In this document: positions 8,701-17,228 of the stretch, piece after piece
How positions within the stretch are numbered: the first letter of the stretch is position 1
How the letters are laid out: every line of letters starts with the position of its first letter
NCBI GenBank assembly: GCA_964552945.1
Contig: CAZKIP010000007.1
Span: forward strand, 745 to 64,744
Source of the DNA: an uncultured Methanosarcinales archaeon
GTDB taxonomy: Archaea; Nanobdellota; Nanobdellia; Woesearchaeales; GW2011-AR9
Reading direction: 5' to 3'
DNA length: 64,000 nt
Program-made: the position numbers and the translations under genes
Notes under the pieces: model-generated
Database searches by the model: none
What the model saw: only the letters and a program-made list of their open reading frames with translations
Told to the model about the DNA's origin: nothing

Positions 8701-11254
8701 GATTCAATCTCCAGATTCCTCTGTTATCTAATTTAGTCACATCCTTTGCACAACTTGGATTAGGATCATTCTCAGTACACCTATAGAAAAAAGTTCCCTC
8801 TGCATCTCTCCAACAAGTAAAAGAACTTTCTTTTTGTTCTTTCTTAATTCTTAAAAGTTCAGATGCTTGAGGATTCTTCTCAAGAATAGTTTGACAGTTT
8901 TCTACAGGAGTTAAATAACGACAAAGGCTTGAAGCAACACATTGCTGTTGCTCTAAAATAACTTTTTGTACCTCAGCTTCATCTTTATCTTCGGTCCATC
9001 TTGCAGGAACGGCTCGACAAAAGAAACGATCACAAACTGCTTTGTATAAAGTATCTAACTTTTGTTCAGATTCCCATGCTGCAGCAGTATCTGGACATTT
9101 TTTAGATAATGATTTCAATTCAAAATTGACTGGCAGATTTGCATTAGGGTTTCCAATTAATTTTTTCCAAGCGGCTATTGTTGAATCTAAATAAAGATCT
9201 AGCTGGCCATTTCCAGTAGGACATTTGTCATCCTTTTTTCTACTAGTCCAAGGTTCATACAAAGAAACTACAACTCTTCTTACTTTAAAAACAGCCCTAG
9301 TTAACCATGAGGAATAACAACTTACTCCTGTCCAAAATACAACTGGTTCAAGAATACTATTAATTCTTTCAATTTGATGAATTGTATAATTTACCGCAGC
9401 CATTCCTTCATTTGCTAAAAAGTCCGGAACCAAAGCAGAACTTTCTATAGGAACATCAACAAAATAACCAAGATCTTTACAATCAACTTGAGTTTTACTT
9501 TTACTCCAAGCATTGTTACCTTCTCTTTCTTGGTAAGTTACCAAAATTTTCAAAGGGATTTTTAATTGTCTTTTTTCAAAATCTTTCCAAAAATCCTCAT
9601 CTATTTCAGAAAAGTCTGAAGCCCTCAAAAGTTTAGTAGAAAGATAATACATTGTCTTATCGGGTTTCACAGACTGTGCATTTAAACTTCCGCTGGGAAT
9701 TAACCTACAACCAGCACTATAATCATCCTTTTCAGCATTAGCTTTAGTACAAGCTGGTTGGAACCTTACATCAATTATTCTATATCCTTGTTCATAAGCA
9801 TTTTTCTCTGCATCAAATTTTCCAATTGCCCCACCATTATAAGTAATGTTATAAACCGCTTGAATCGATTCTCTACCTTCTTCCATCAATTGGGGATTTA
9901 ATTTGAAAGGTTGAGGAGGAAATTGTGGTGGAGAAAAAACATTGAACGCAAAATCTGGTGAAGAACAACTATTAATGTAAACCGTTTTAGTTGCATGACC
10001 TACCTTACCCGTCTTATCTTCAGCCAAAATGTAAACCCTATATTGAAGTCTTTTTGCCGCCGATATTTCGTCCAACTTTGGAATTAATATTTCTTGCAAA
10101 CCTGTAGGAACTTCTCTAGGATGAAGATCTTTCAAAGTAGTTAACGAAAAAGCGCTGAATTCAAATTCTTCAAAGACAAATTTTCCTTCACTATCTGCCA
10201 CTACTTTTATAATTGCTTTTTTGAAATTCAAACGATATTCATCTACACTTGGTCTAAAAACATAAAGGTAAACTTCTGCTCCTGGTTCAGTGGTACCTTC
10301 AATTCCTGTTTCTGCCCTTCCTTCATAATATTCATTTCCTTTAGTAAATTGGAAAGTTACAGAAGGTTTTTCTGTATCAACATTTAGCGTTCTAGTTTCT
10401 TTACTTTCCCATCCGGCCAAATCTGTAGCAATTACTTCTAAAACATTGTCCCCTTCATTCAAATTTATTTTTTGGTCAATTATCGTTCCAGTAAATTCAT
10501 TCACAGAACTATTACTTAAAATTATTTCGATGGTACTATTCTCAGAAACAGTACCTTTCAAAGTAAAACTTTTATCTTCAATAAAATCAGGTATTTTTGA
10601 GATAGTTATTTTTGGTTTTATAGTGTCGGTAAAAGTAATACCTTCCACAGAAGCGGTGTTTCCAGAGAGGTCAGAAGATTCAATTCTGATATTATTATGT
10701 TGATTAGCTAAAAGAAAAATATTTTCAAAAATAAAGGAAGCATCTTTCTCCTCTCCAACAATTTTTGCGGTTACACTATCAACCTGTAAATCGTTAACAA
10801 AAATCTTAACATCTGCATTTGCTTCAGTTTTCCCAGATAAAGCCATTTTGTTTCCTTTGTTAGAAGAAGGAATTACAACTTCAAGAGTTGGAGGAGTTAA
10901 ATCAGGAGCCAGAGTTGTAAAGGAGTAGAACTCACCATTATTGTCATCAACTAAACTATTACTTTCAACTGAATAAAAATAAGTTGTTTCGGATTTTAAA
11001 TTGGAAATTAAAAATTTATGTGAAGAAAGTTGGGTAGAATCTCCCTTAGTAATCAAATTGTCTTTACTCTCACCATATCTAACAAAACTATCGGCAGGTT
11101 CATCGGTAATCCAGCTAATTGAAGCAGTATTATCAGTTACATCTGATTTAACATCAGAGATTTGTAAAGCAGATACCAAAGAGATATTCAAAATAAGCAG
11201 AACTAGTAAAATCAAAAAAAGGTTCGCTTTTTTATTTGTCATCTTGTTTATCAT
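5777..11254 (-). CDS. Giant (1825-aa) secreted cysteine-rich protein with an N-terminal fibronectin-III-like domain. Candidate adhesin or surface-interaction protein.
   Basis: Signal peptide MINKMTNKKANLFLILLVLLILNISLVSA. The FN3-like segment is ...SDVTDNTASISWITDEPADSFVRYGESKD...TTYFYSVES. There are more than 60 Cys throughout the extracellular body. The ORF is uninterrupted over 5.5 kb in an AT-rich genome. Confidence 0.6.
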   Translation of the reverse strand: MINKMTNKKANLFLILLVLLILNISLVSALQISDVKSDVTDNTASISWITDEPADSFVRYGESKDNLITKGDSTQLSSHKFLISNLKSETTYFYSVESNSLVDDNNGEFYSFTTLAPDLTPPTLEVVIPSSNKGNKMALSGKTEANADVKIFVNDLQVDSVTAKIVGEEKDASFIFENIFLLANQHNNIRIESSDLSGNTASVEGITFTDTIKPKITISKIPDFIEDKSFTLKGTVSENSTIEIILSNSSVNEFTGTIIDQKINLNEGDNVLEVIATDLAGWESKETRTLNVDTEKPSVTFQFTKGNEYYEGRAETGIEGTTEPGAEVYLYVFRPSVDEYRLNFKKAIIKVVADSEGKFVFEEFEFSAFSLTTLKDLHPREVPTGLQEILIPKLDEISAAKRLQYRVYILAEDKTGKVGHATKTVYINSCSSPDFAFNVFSPPQFPPQPFKLNPQLMEEGRESIQAVYNITYNGGAIGKFDAEKNAYEQGYRIIDVRFQPACTKANAEKDDYSAGCRLIPSGSLNAQSVKPDKTMYYLSTKLLRASDFSEIDEDFWKDFEKRQLKIPLKILVTYQEREGNNAWSKSKTQVDCKDLGYFVDVPIESSALVPDFLANEGMAAVNYTIHQIERINSILEPVVFWTGVSCYSSWLTRAVFKVRRVVVSLYEPWTSRKKDDKCPTGNGQLDLYLDSTIAAWKKLIGNPNANLPVNFELKSLSKKCPDTAAAWESEQKLDTLYKAVCDRFFCRAVPARWTEDKDEAEVQKVILEQQQCVASSLCRYLTPVENCQTILEKNPQASELLRIKKEQKESSFTCWRDAEGTFFYRCTENDPNPSCAKDVTKLDNRGIWRLNPVLNPGQTKSKVLALKGDLNGPACVAEEKSCKNVCKAKSGFRAVSDGYRLDEKSGAYLTGGGCYKEEKSLSGLKLRSSVGKKVDASTFTAGYTKDCFVEENTGDKYQCACEKQDVPLKKSKSVRVALKKENEVVEEWSYRQSSIYRESGRNKGTYYPEWRYYGGRDFTAAFGLDHISDFVGDKKIARINPRDYVPAWQTMCLPRIQDQLTLLQNGLIQFRNCILAAKNSAIQDAGSCKTFFTNTVCSWIYSGISLLTNQCSPVTFDDVPELKDPTDGDATQLFKALRQGIPEGLKGSTSDLKDDYGAVAEQQFRVGSEGFTQSMCLFALGYDFPSNFDFLTDSAYGRPMKTSVLPLIANREFTSFDPIQGLPQFTYNLGMDIIPGCRLRGYRTSLKCIGVEDLGNKGIDQSCDGQGCDCLKASNQNTPFQGDKEKIIQSGSKFGSLTRLQPYDIPYKNPLQISSHFRYDHVKLELFLESGQDPKECFDEGYQTAQGGLFYFPLSHKAGKEFAQCQVDFATGRYLCPELSTLFQGGQSYLEHPFLRCYNKETEEFVDCKTPNLFVLNNEIVVKPYVRIGNDKACLKVTDNKGKNKQIVLLGEGYTGTVAPSLSLGRVTPDMISGGKVGTIVRRDTVSDAGCGGNGKELEIVAWPDEATSKSVNMPFFFEKQSNNKYQLRVGNNDVSVIPGGNSKKYDLNKNGYLSYGGDIDLTKSDIDAAVFTLGEFRFKKVLGNPEKSNGKCEYKTVPSTSSSKGNVGSLNVKVELLQPGAGDNCFTAINLVPKSSFGKNSHTQKIKLQLQKEEVAVAIGMHDDFMNDNYQLVQNKAEAIVKLKENNLDDASALYYWISSYVMQGKDNFRGEIISLLGRFFEPGFAEGGYPAYVTGTTEYKKIKKYLCLIDNDVDKRFQKYCGETSALTKCETLPQYEDFSCQDTKLSTFDQTKADKCVSLQCQDSILKKRGIKNPSDWKCCPK

Positions 11255-11272
11255 ATTACTTTTTTCTTATCT

Positions 11273-13258
11273 TCATTTGATTATTTCAGGCGAAGATACC
11301 AAGGAACTTTTTCCTTCCAATCCACCTATAAAAGTATAAAGTTCATCTTCTGAAAGATCTTCTTCACCAATGGTGTGGAAAATTATTTTTTTACTTTCTT
11401 TCAAATCAGTCCAGGAAGTAGTCCAATTACCTTTGTAACCTGCAACAAAATCGTCATCTTCAAATACATTAATCTCTAATTGATATGCAAAATCAGCTTC
11501 AGCTAAAAATGATAAGGAGTTATAACCTTCCACTTCCACACCTTTCTTTGAAGAAACAAAGACGGATTCTAAAAATGGTTTACCTTCCACGTTTTTCTTT
11601 AATGAATTCAGGGTAATCATGTAAACTGCGTTCTCACTAAGTTCTTCTCCTGAGCTAATAGTAGTTCCATCTAAATTATATTTTAGAACTTCAATTTTTT
11701 CAACAGGAACTTCAAATAAAGGAGTTAAGTGGAGTTCAACTTGTTTCCCACTCTCTGAAACTACTCTTTTCCAATCTTGTAAATATCCTCCTTTTTCTCC
11801 TCTCAAAATTCCACCAACACAATAAGGAAAATTTCTCGTGAAACCTGCTTGGTAACCACTATCTGCAAAATCAAATTCGGTAGCTCCCATATCACATTGG
11901 TATTTCACACAAGTGAAACTCACATTAACATCTTCTAAAGGTTCAGAAAACTTTACTCCACTAAGTGGGCTATCAACGGTTTCCCATGTAAGAATGGTCA
12001 TTGGAAGTTTTTTATTTGAACAAAACAAATTGCTTGGAGGTAAATTAACTGAGTTTGGATCTCTAGCCACAATTACATTTTCCCTATTTGGCATATTTCT
12101 CTGCAAATGTACGGTAAAAGCTGTATTGAAAACAAAATCAGACCTTTGATCTCTCAATTGAACTAAGACCGGATAAGTTACATCATAAGTAAATTTCCAA
12201 TTTTGTAAACACACTTTTGAAAGAAGATCTGAACCACCCGTCATGCCACTCCTCATTTTTCCTCCAATGTTTGGAGTTACTTGAAAAGTAAAGGGATAAT
12301 TGTTATGATAACGGAAAGTTACCGTTAAATCTTCTTTTTGAAATTCATTTCCTACATCCCAATTATAATGATGTTTGTAATATGAAAATTCTTCAGGAAA
12401 TTCAACAACCTCTGTTCCTTTAACTTTAACTTGCGGAATGTTTACTCTCAACAAATCCTGCAAAGCCATCTTTGCCAAATTTACGTCCCACTCTTTCTCC
12501 TTACAGCTAACTTCAAATCCTGCTAAAGGTAGCCTTGGATGATCTAAAGAAAGTAAATCTTGTGTAAGATCTTCGAATTTGAGGGTGTTAACTTCCTGCT
12601 CAACAACCGCTTTAGCAGTGTCATATAATGATTTAAATCTAGTAGGCGACTCAGCATTATGGTTAATTACTTCCGTAACTAAATCTCCATGTTTATCTCT
12701 AATATCAATTTCCCAATGAACATTGAAAAGAACCCTACTTTCAACTAATTCTGTATCAGAATTTATTTCACTCTTTTCTACAAAATCATAAATTTCACCA
12801 TAAGCCTGCTCACTAAACACACATTCACTTAAATGTGCTTCAAGGTAAGTATCAACCCGTTCTTTAATTTCCAACAAAGAAGGAATTCTCAAATTGGAAC
12901 CATATGCCCAATAAGGAACAACGTTTACAGGAGTTATCTTTAAATGAGAACTCTCATCATTAACAATTTCTAAAGGTACGTCAATGTAACCTCCTTGTAA
13001 AGCTATTTTTTCTAACGCTTCGTCTCCCACTCCCTTAATACAAGAAACGATGAATTCTTCAACAGAACTTTTTTCGGTAGGGATTATTTTTGCAGGAATA
13101 AAATTTACCGCTTCTTTTTGTACCAAGATAACTAGTACTAAAACTAAAACAATAAAAATTCCCAGAATTATGAAAACCGTTACCTGTCCTTTTCCAGAGG
13201 GAGCGAACTTGCTTAAAATACTGCCTATTCTAAGTCCATCTTCCCTCTTTTTGTACAT
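11273..13258 (-). CDS. Membrane-anchored 661-aa extracellular protein, first gene of the surface cluster.
   Basis: N-terminal TM anchor VTVFIILGIFIVLVLVLVILV followed by a large non-repetitive ectodomain. It lies 18 bp upstream of the giant gene on the same strand. Confidence 0.55.
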   Translation of the reverse strand: MYKKREDGLRIGSILSKFAPSGKGQVTVFIILGIFIVLVLVLVILVQKEAVNFIPAKIIPTEKSSVEEFIVSCIKGVGDEALEKIALQGGYIDVPLEIVNDESSHLKITPVNVVPYWAYGSNLRIPSLLEIKERVDTYLEAHLSECVFSEQAYGEIYDFVEKSEINSDTELVESRVLFNVHWEIDIRDKHGDLVTEVINHNAESPTRFKSLYDTAKAVVEQEVNTLKFEDLTQDLLSLDHPRLPLAGFEVSCKEKEWDVNLAKMALQDLLRVNIPQVKVKGTEVVEFPEEFSYYKHHYNWDVGNEFQKEDLTVTFRYHNNYPFTFQVTPNIGGKMRSGMTGGSDLLSKVCLQNWKFTYDVTYPVLVQLRDQRSDFVFNTAFTVHLQRNMPNRENVIVARDPNSVNLPPSNLFCSNKKLPMTILTWETVDSPLSGVKFSEPLEDVNVSFTCVKYQCDMGATEFDFADSGYQAGFTRNFPYCVGGILRGEKGGYLQDWKRVVSESGKQVELHLTPLFEVPVEKIEVLKYNLDGTTISSGEELSENAVYMITLNSLKKNVEGKPFLESVFVSSKKGVEVEGYNSLSFLAEADFAYQLEINVFEDDDFVAGYKGNWTTSWTDLKESKKIIFHTIGEEDLSEDELYTFIGGLEGKSSLVSSPEIIK

Positions 13259-13275
13259 AGAATTAGGTATAGTAT

Positions 13276-13295
13276 ATTGCTTTATAAAGCTTGTG
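13276..13295 (-). promoter_or_regulatory. Archaeal TATA box (TTTATAAAG) about 27 nt upstream of the ATG at 13258. This suggests a leaderless transcript for the surface-protein cluster.
   Basis: The palindromic TTTATAAAG at 13281-13289 is spaced from the start codon at 13258 as expected for a BRE/TATA element. Confidence 0.4.
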
Positions 13296-13406
13296 TTATC
13301 TTATCGTGCACAAAAGCACATTAAAAACTAGCAAAGATCATCAAAATTTTATTTGGAGAATGAACAAAATACTTGTTTTTGAATCTCAAAGAGTGCATTT
13401 AACAGA

Positions 13407-14210
13407 TTATCCGATGTAGCTAACTTCTTTTTTCTTTAATTTCGCGCCTGCTTGACTTGAGCCAATTTCAGAGATATATTCCTTAGTTCTTTTCATTAAC
13501 TCTTTCTCTACGGCAATAATTTCACGGGACATTTTCTTAATATCTATCCCAATTGAAAACTTTAAATCTAATATTTTTAACAACTCTTTAGCACCCTTAA
13601 TACCTAGATACATTGGATGGGCAAAAGTTTCAGCCAATATAGCTACTCCTTTAACTTTTCTTTTCTTACCTAAACCTAACAAAACACCAGAAACTCCAAC
13701 TATTGGGCCAACAACTCCAAAAATATGTTTCTCTTTGAGTCCTTTCACATATTGTCTTAAAAGTGGCTGATTGTTTGCAGTACAAAATACTCTAGGATTC
13801 TCTGGAACACTTTGTAATCCAATACCTCCAGTTGTAATTATCTCAGAACATTGAAATTTTTTTACGATTTTAAGAATTTCTTCACAGAAAATAAAACAGC
13901 TAGTTTCATCTATTGGTTGAATATCTCCTGTTAACAAAAGAAGATCCCTCTTTTTGCTTCTAGGCCCATATTTTTTATAATAAATTTCTATCTTTGGCAT
14001 CTCTACCAAATCTTTCTCATTAACAAACACGGAATGAGGAAATTTATATGAAAAGAATGAGTAGAGTTTCTTTGCTTCTAACTCTTCAATTAAAAAGTCA
14101 ACAGCAATTTTCCCCACATTACCTATCCCCGGAAGACCTTCTATGAACAAAGGTTTTCTTAATTTGGGCAAAACTTTCTCTTCTTGTGTTATTTTCCAAG
14201 GGGAATCCAT
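13407..14210 (-). CDS. PAC2-family protein (proteasome assembly chaperone-like).
   Basis: The N-terminal motif LFIEGLPGIGNVGKIAVDFLIEEL matches the PAC2 GxPGxGxVG signature. The size is 267 aa. Confidence 0.5.
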   Translation of the reverse strand: MDSPWKITQEEKVLPKLRKPLFIEGLPGIGNVGKIAVDFLIEELEAKKLYSFFSYKFPHSVFVNEKDLVEMPKIEIYYKKYGPRSKKRDLLLLTGDIQPIDETSCFIFCEEILKIVKKFQCSEIITTGGIGLQSVPENPRVFCTANNQPLLRQYVKGLKEKHIFGVVGPIVGVSGVLLGLGKKRKVKGVAILAETFAHPMYLGIKGAKELLKILDLKFSIGIDIKKMSREIIAVEKELMKRTKEYISEIGSSQAGAKLKKKEVSYIG

Positions 14211-14248
14211 ATAATTAAGAATAACTTTCTGTTTATATAGTTTTGGGA

Positions 14249-14578
14249 TTAACTTATTTTTAGAATTTTTTTAATTTTTTCAAAATTTGCTTTTATATCT
14301 GGTCCAAAATCCTCAATATTTAGTTTAGAAGCTTGCATTTCAGCCATAATTTTACGATATTTTTCAGGCCCTTTTTTGAGAACAAATGCATCAAGTTCTT
14401 TACTCCGATTTCCTTTAGAAGAGGCCATAGATAAATTCATCCTTAATTGGTTTATTTGTTTAGCGATAGCTGCAATTACGCTGTCACGATCTATCCTTTT
14501 TCCACCAGTTATTCTGGCCCATACACTGCTAATGCCCATTTTATTATAGAAATCGTTTGAATATAAATAAGTTTTCAA
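14249..14578 (-). CDS. Hypothetical 109-aa basic protein.
   Basis: ORF only. No motif recognised. Confidence 0.35.
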   Translation of the reverse strand: MKTYLYSNDFYNKMGISSVWARITGGKRIDRDSVIAAIAKQINQLRMNLSMASSKGNRSKELDAFVLKKGPEKYRKIMAEMQASKLNIEDFGPDIKANFEKIKKILKIS

Positions 14579-14586
14579 AAATTAGG

Positions 14587-14705
14587 CTTAATCCAAAATA
14601 ACACAATTTAGTATACTGGCGCCAATTGAGGCACACGGGGTCTCGTCAAAGAGCCCGTAATCGTGCCGTGCCCCAGTATACTAATGTCCTCTATTCTGGA
14701 TGAAG
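14587..14705. repeat. Copy 1 of a conserved GC-rich nested-hairpin element. Either a candidate structured ncRNA or a MITE-like palindromic repeat.
   Basis: Outer inverted repeat CTTAATCCAAAATA / TATTCTGGATGAAG. Inner stem GTATACTGG (14611-14619) / CCAGTATAC (14674-14682). The interior is GC-rich with GGCAC/GTGCC and ACGGG/CCCGT pairs. The element sits in the intergenic region 3' of the PNP gene. Confidence 0.5.
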
Positions 14706-14713
14706 CCCAAAAA

Positions 14714-15625
14714 TTATGGGTTCAGAACCCTTTCTCTGTAAAGTCTAAAGAAATTTGCTACAACCTTCTCAATTCTTTGTTTCACTAGAGGATCTTCTAA
14801 AACTGCGGTAACTTCGGCATGTGAAGTAGAGTTAGTACCATCCTCTTTTGTTGAGTTGGTTATTAAACTCATCCCAACACAATTCATGCCCCTATTTCTT
14901 GCAGCTTCCACTTCAGGGATAGTTGACATCCCCACTGCTTGTAATCCCATATTCCTGAAAGCAATAACTTGCGCTTTAGTTTCATAAGTAGGACCAATTA
15001 CCGCACCATAAGATCCTAGATGCATCTCTCCAGCTTTCATTAATAAAGCAGTTAATTGTTCATCATAAGCATCATGCATTGGAACAAATCGTTGTAAATT
15101 TTCTTGGTCAATAGTTTTAAAATCCATCATTCTTCCAGATAAAGGACAAGGAATACCCAAAGACATATGGCTTGATAAAGCCATTAATTCTCCTACCTTA
15201 TAACTTGTATCTAATCCTCCTGCAGCATTGGTTACAAAATAATTTGCCACACCTAAATTAGCCATTACATTGACTGCAAAAACGGTCTCTAAAATCCCTT
15301 GATTGAATGGTTTATCAACAACTTCATAAAAATGAGTCCTTCCTTGTAAACCAATAATTGGTACCCCTTCTAATTCTCCAAGGTGTAGATTACCAGCATG
15401 ACCTTTTACTGTAGGTACAGGAAATCTAGGAATTTCACTATAAGGAATTATTCTAGAATTATCTATTTTATCAGCCAATCCTCCCAATCCAGAACCTAGA
15501 GTTAAAGCAAATAAAGGCTTAAAATCACCCATCTGTTCTTTTAAGTATTGAGCTGCTTCATCAACATGAGCTTCATAATTACGTTGAAAATCCAATGCGT
15601 CAGTGAGAATTTTTAATGAGTCCAT
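14714..15625 (-). CDS. Purine nucleoside phosphorylase (trimeric PNP/MTAP family).
   Basis: The motifs GSGLGGL, VKGHAGNLHLGELEGVPIIGLQGRTHFYE and MSTIPEVEAAR match the PNP family-1 signatures. Confidence 0.8.
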   Translation of the reverse strand: MDSLKILTDALDFQRNYEAHVDEAAQYLKEQMGDFKPLFALTLGSGLGGLADKIDNSRIIPYSEIPRFPVPTVKGHAGNLHLGELEGVPIIGLQGRTHFYEVVDKPFNQGILETVFAVNVMANLGVANYFVTNAAGGLDTSYKVGELMALSSHMSLGIPCPLSGRMMDFKTIDQENLQRFVPMHDAYDEQLTALLMKAGEMHLGSYGAVIGPTYETKAQVIAFRNMGLQAVGMSTIPEVEAARNRGMNCVGMSLITNSTKEDGTNSTSHAEVTAVLEDPLVKQRIEKVVANFFRLYRERVLNP

Positions 15626-15680
15626 TTAGGACTATTTACCCCCGTTTTTTATATAGTTAACTGCTAAAAAGTCAAAAAAA

Positions 15681-15911
15681 TTACAAATCAAGAATTATAA
15701 TGCCATTATCAGAATCATCTCTGTCTATGATTTGAGGTTCTCTCGTAGGATCAATTCTCCTATCAATAGAATCTTCGTAACCAGGGGGTATTCTGTTAGT
15801 ATCTGGAACGGGAACTCTTAAAGGAACAGGTTCATATCCTGCAGGTTTATCCTCATCCAAGATGTCATAAATTAATGTGTTTCCAAAGATATTATAGTCT
15901 AATTCTAGCAT
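15681..15911 (-). CDS. Hypothetical small acidic, Pro-rich protein.
   Basis: ORF only. Confidence 0.3.
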   Translation of the reverse strand: MLELDYNIFGNTLIYDILDEDKPAGYEPVPLRVPVPDTNRIPPGYEDSIDRRIDPTREPQIIDRDDSDNGIIILDL

Positions 15912-16038
15912 TTTAGTATAGAAATATGCTTAAATATATAAATGTTACGATTGTTTGGTGACGAAAGTACAAAAATGAGATAGCCCCCTTCTTTTTTCTT
16001 CCCACAACATTTTTAAAAAAACTATCAAATAAAAACCC

Positions 16039-16416
16039 ATGAATAAGGAATTCTGGATTAAAGTTCTCTACATCATCCACATCCCAATAACAGTTTTTTG
16101 GTTTGGGCTATTTCTCATCCCAACTTATTTCTGGGCTGATAGAATGCTTTTTCAATTTTGGTACGCCATAGGACTTGTATCTATCCAATATCTGTGGGGG
16201 ATTCTTGTTTTTAGAAAATTTAGTTCAATCTGTCCTGTAACAACGATGATGCAACTTCTTCGAGGATATGATTTAAATGATGAAAGAAATTATAAACATG
16301 GTTTTATTGCTGAATTCATACAAGACTTAAACCTACCTCTGAAACCTAAACACACAGATTATTTACTTAAAACAACTTTTGTAGTAATAGTTCTTCAATA
16401 TATTTTTTTAGTTTAA
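16039..16416 (+). CDS. Small integral membrane protein (3-4 TM).
   Basis: Hydrophobic helices in a 125-aa ORF. Confidence 0.4.
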   Translation: MNKEFWIKVLYIIHIPITVFWFGLFLIPTYFWADRMLFQFWYAIGLVSIQYLWGILVFRKFSSICPVTTMMQLLRGYDLNDERNYKHGFIAEFIQDLNLPLKPKHTDYLLKTTFVVIVLQYIFLV

Positions 16417-16420
16417 TCGG

Positions 16421-16539
16421 GCTTCTTCCAGAATAACATACCTTTGTATACTGGCGCCCTGACGAAGTCGAGCCGATGAGCGAAGCTCATGATAACGGCG
16501 TGCTCCAGTATACAAATTCACTATATTCTGGATGAAGCA
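16421..16539. repeat. Copy 2 of the nested-hairpin element. It exactly fills the gap between two convergent genes.
   Basis: Outer inverted repeat CTTCTTCCAGAATA / TATTCTGGATGAAG. Inner stem GTATACTGG / CCAGTATAC. Internal pairs CGCC/GGCG. Apical stem ATGAGC-GAA-GCTCAT. About 54% GC in a roughly 33% GC genome. Confidence 0.55.
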
Positions 16540-16544
16540 GTTAA

Positions 16545-17228
16545 TCACATAAACACAGAAACTAAATTACCAATCAAATAACCTATAATTCCAGCCCCTA
16601 TACCAACTAAAACAATTTCTATCCCAGATTTAAACCAATTTCTTTTGGTGTAATAAGTCTTAGATAACCCCACCAAAAATAGAACTATTATTGTAAGAAC
16701 TATCGCATATGTAACCGCGGTCATTCCAGAAGAAAGAATGAACGGAGTAATTGGAAATGCCGACCCTACTAAAAAAGAAAGAAACATTGTAAAAGCATTT
16801 CTAAATGGAAGATCCAACTTCTTTTTTGATATTCCAACCTTTTTTCTAACAAGATAATTACAAATAAATTCGGGATGTTTCTTTCTTGAATGGTCCTTAA
16901 AAAGAGAACCAATCTCTTTTCTAGATAAACCTTCTTTTACCAAAATGCTTTTCATTTCACCAATACATTTTTGAGGATTTTTTTCAAGATACTTCCTTGT
17001 TGAGGTAATTTCCTGTTCATAAACTTCTCTCTGTGACTTAGCGGAAAGATAACTACCTGCAGACATTGAAAAAGCACCGGCAAACATACTTGCTAATCCA
17101 GCTAATACCACCATTAAATTGCTACCACCACCAACATAAACTCCCAAAACTAAACCAAGGTTAGAAACCAAACCATCCTCGATACCAAAAACAAAATCGC
17201 GCATCAATTCGCTTAGACCCCTAGTCAT
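16545..17228 (-). CDS. VIT1/CCC1-family iron/manganese transporter.
   Basis: N-terminal FGIEDGLVSNLGLVLGV motif and hydrophobic C-terminal TM helices typical of the VIT/DUF125 family. Confidence 0.7.
   Translation of the reverse strand: MTRGLSELMRDFVFGIEDGLVSNLGLVLGVYVGGGSNLMVVLAGLASMFAGAFSMSAGSYLSAKSQREVYEQEITSTRKYLEKNPQKCIGEMKSILVKEGLSRKEIGSLFKDHSRKKHPEFICNYLVRKKVGISKKKLDLPFRNAFTMFLSFLVGSAFPITPFILSSGMTAVTYAIVLTIIVLFLVGLSKTYYTKRNWFKSGIEIVLVGIGAGIIGYLIGNLVSVFM

Noticed and set aside
16446-16513. Assignment of the hairpin elements to C/D-box or H/ACA-box sRNA classes.
   Set aside because: CUGA, GAUGAG and AUGAUA strings are present, but they are not in the C-guide-D'-C'-guide-D order or spacing. 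An ACA follows the stem in two copies but not in the third, and no clear pseudouridylation pocket or K-turn geometry was found. I leave the class open.
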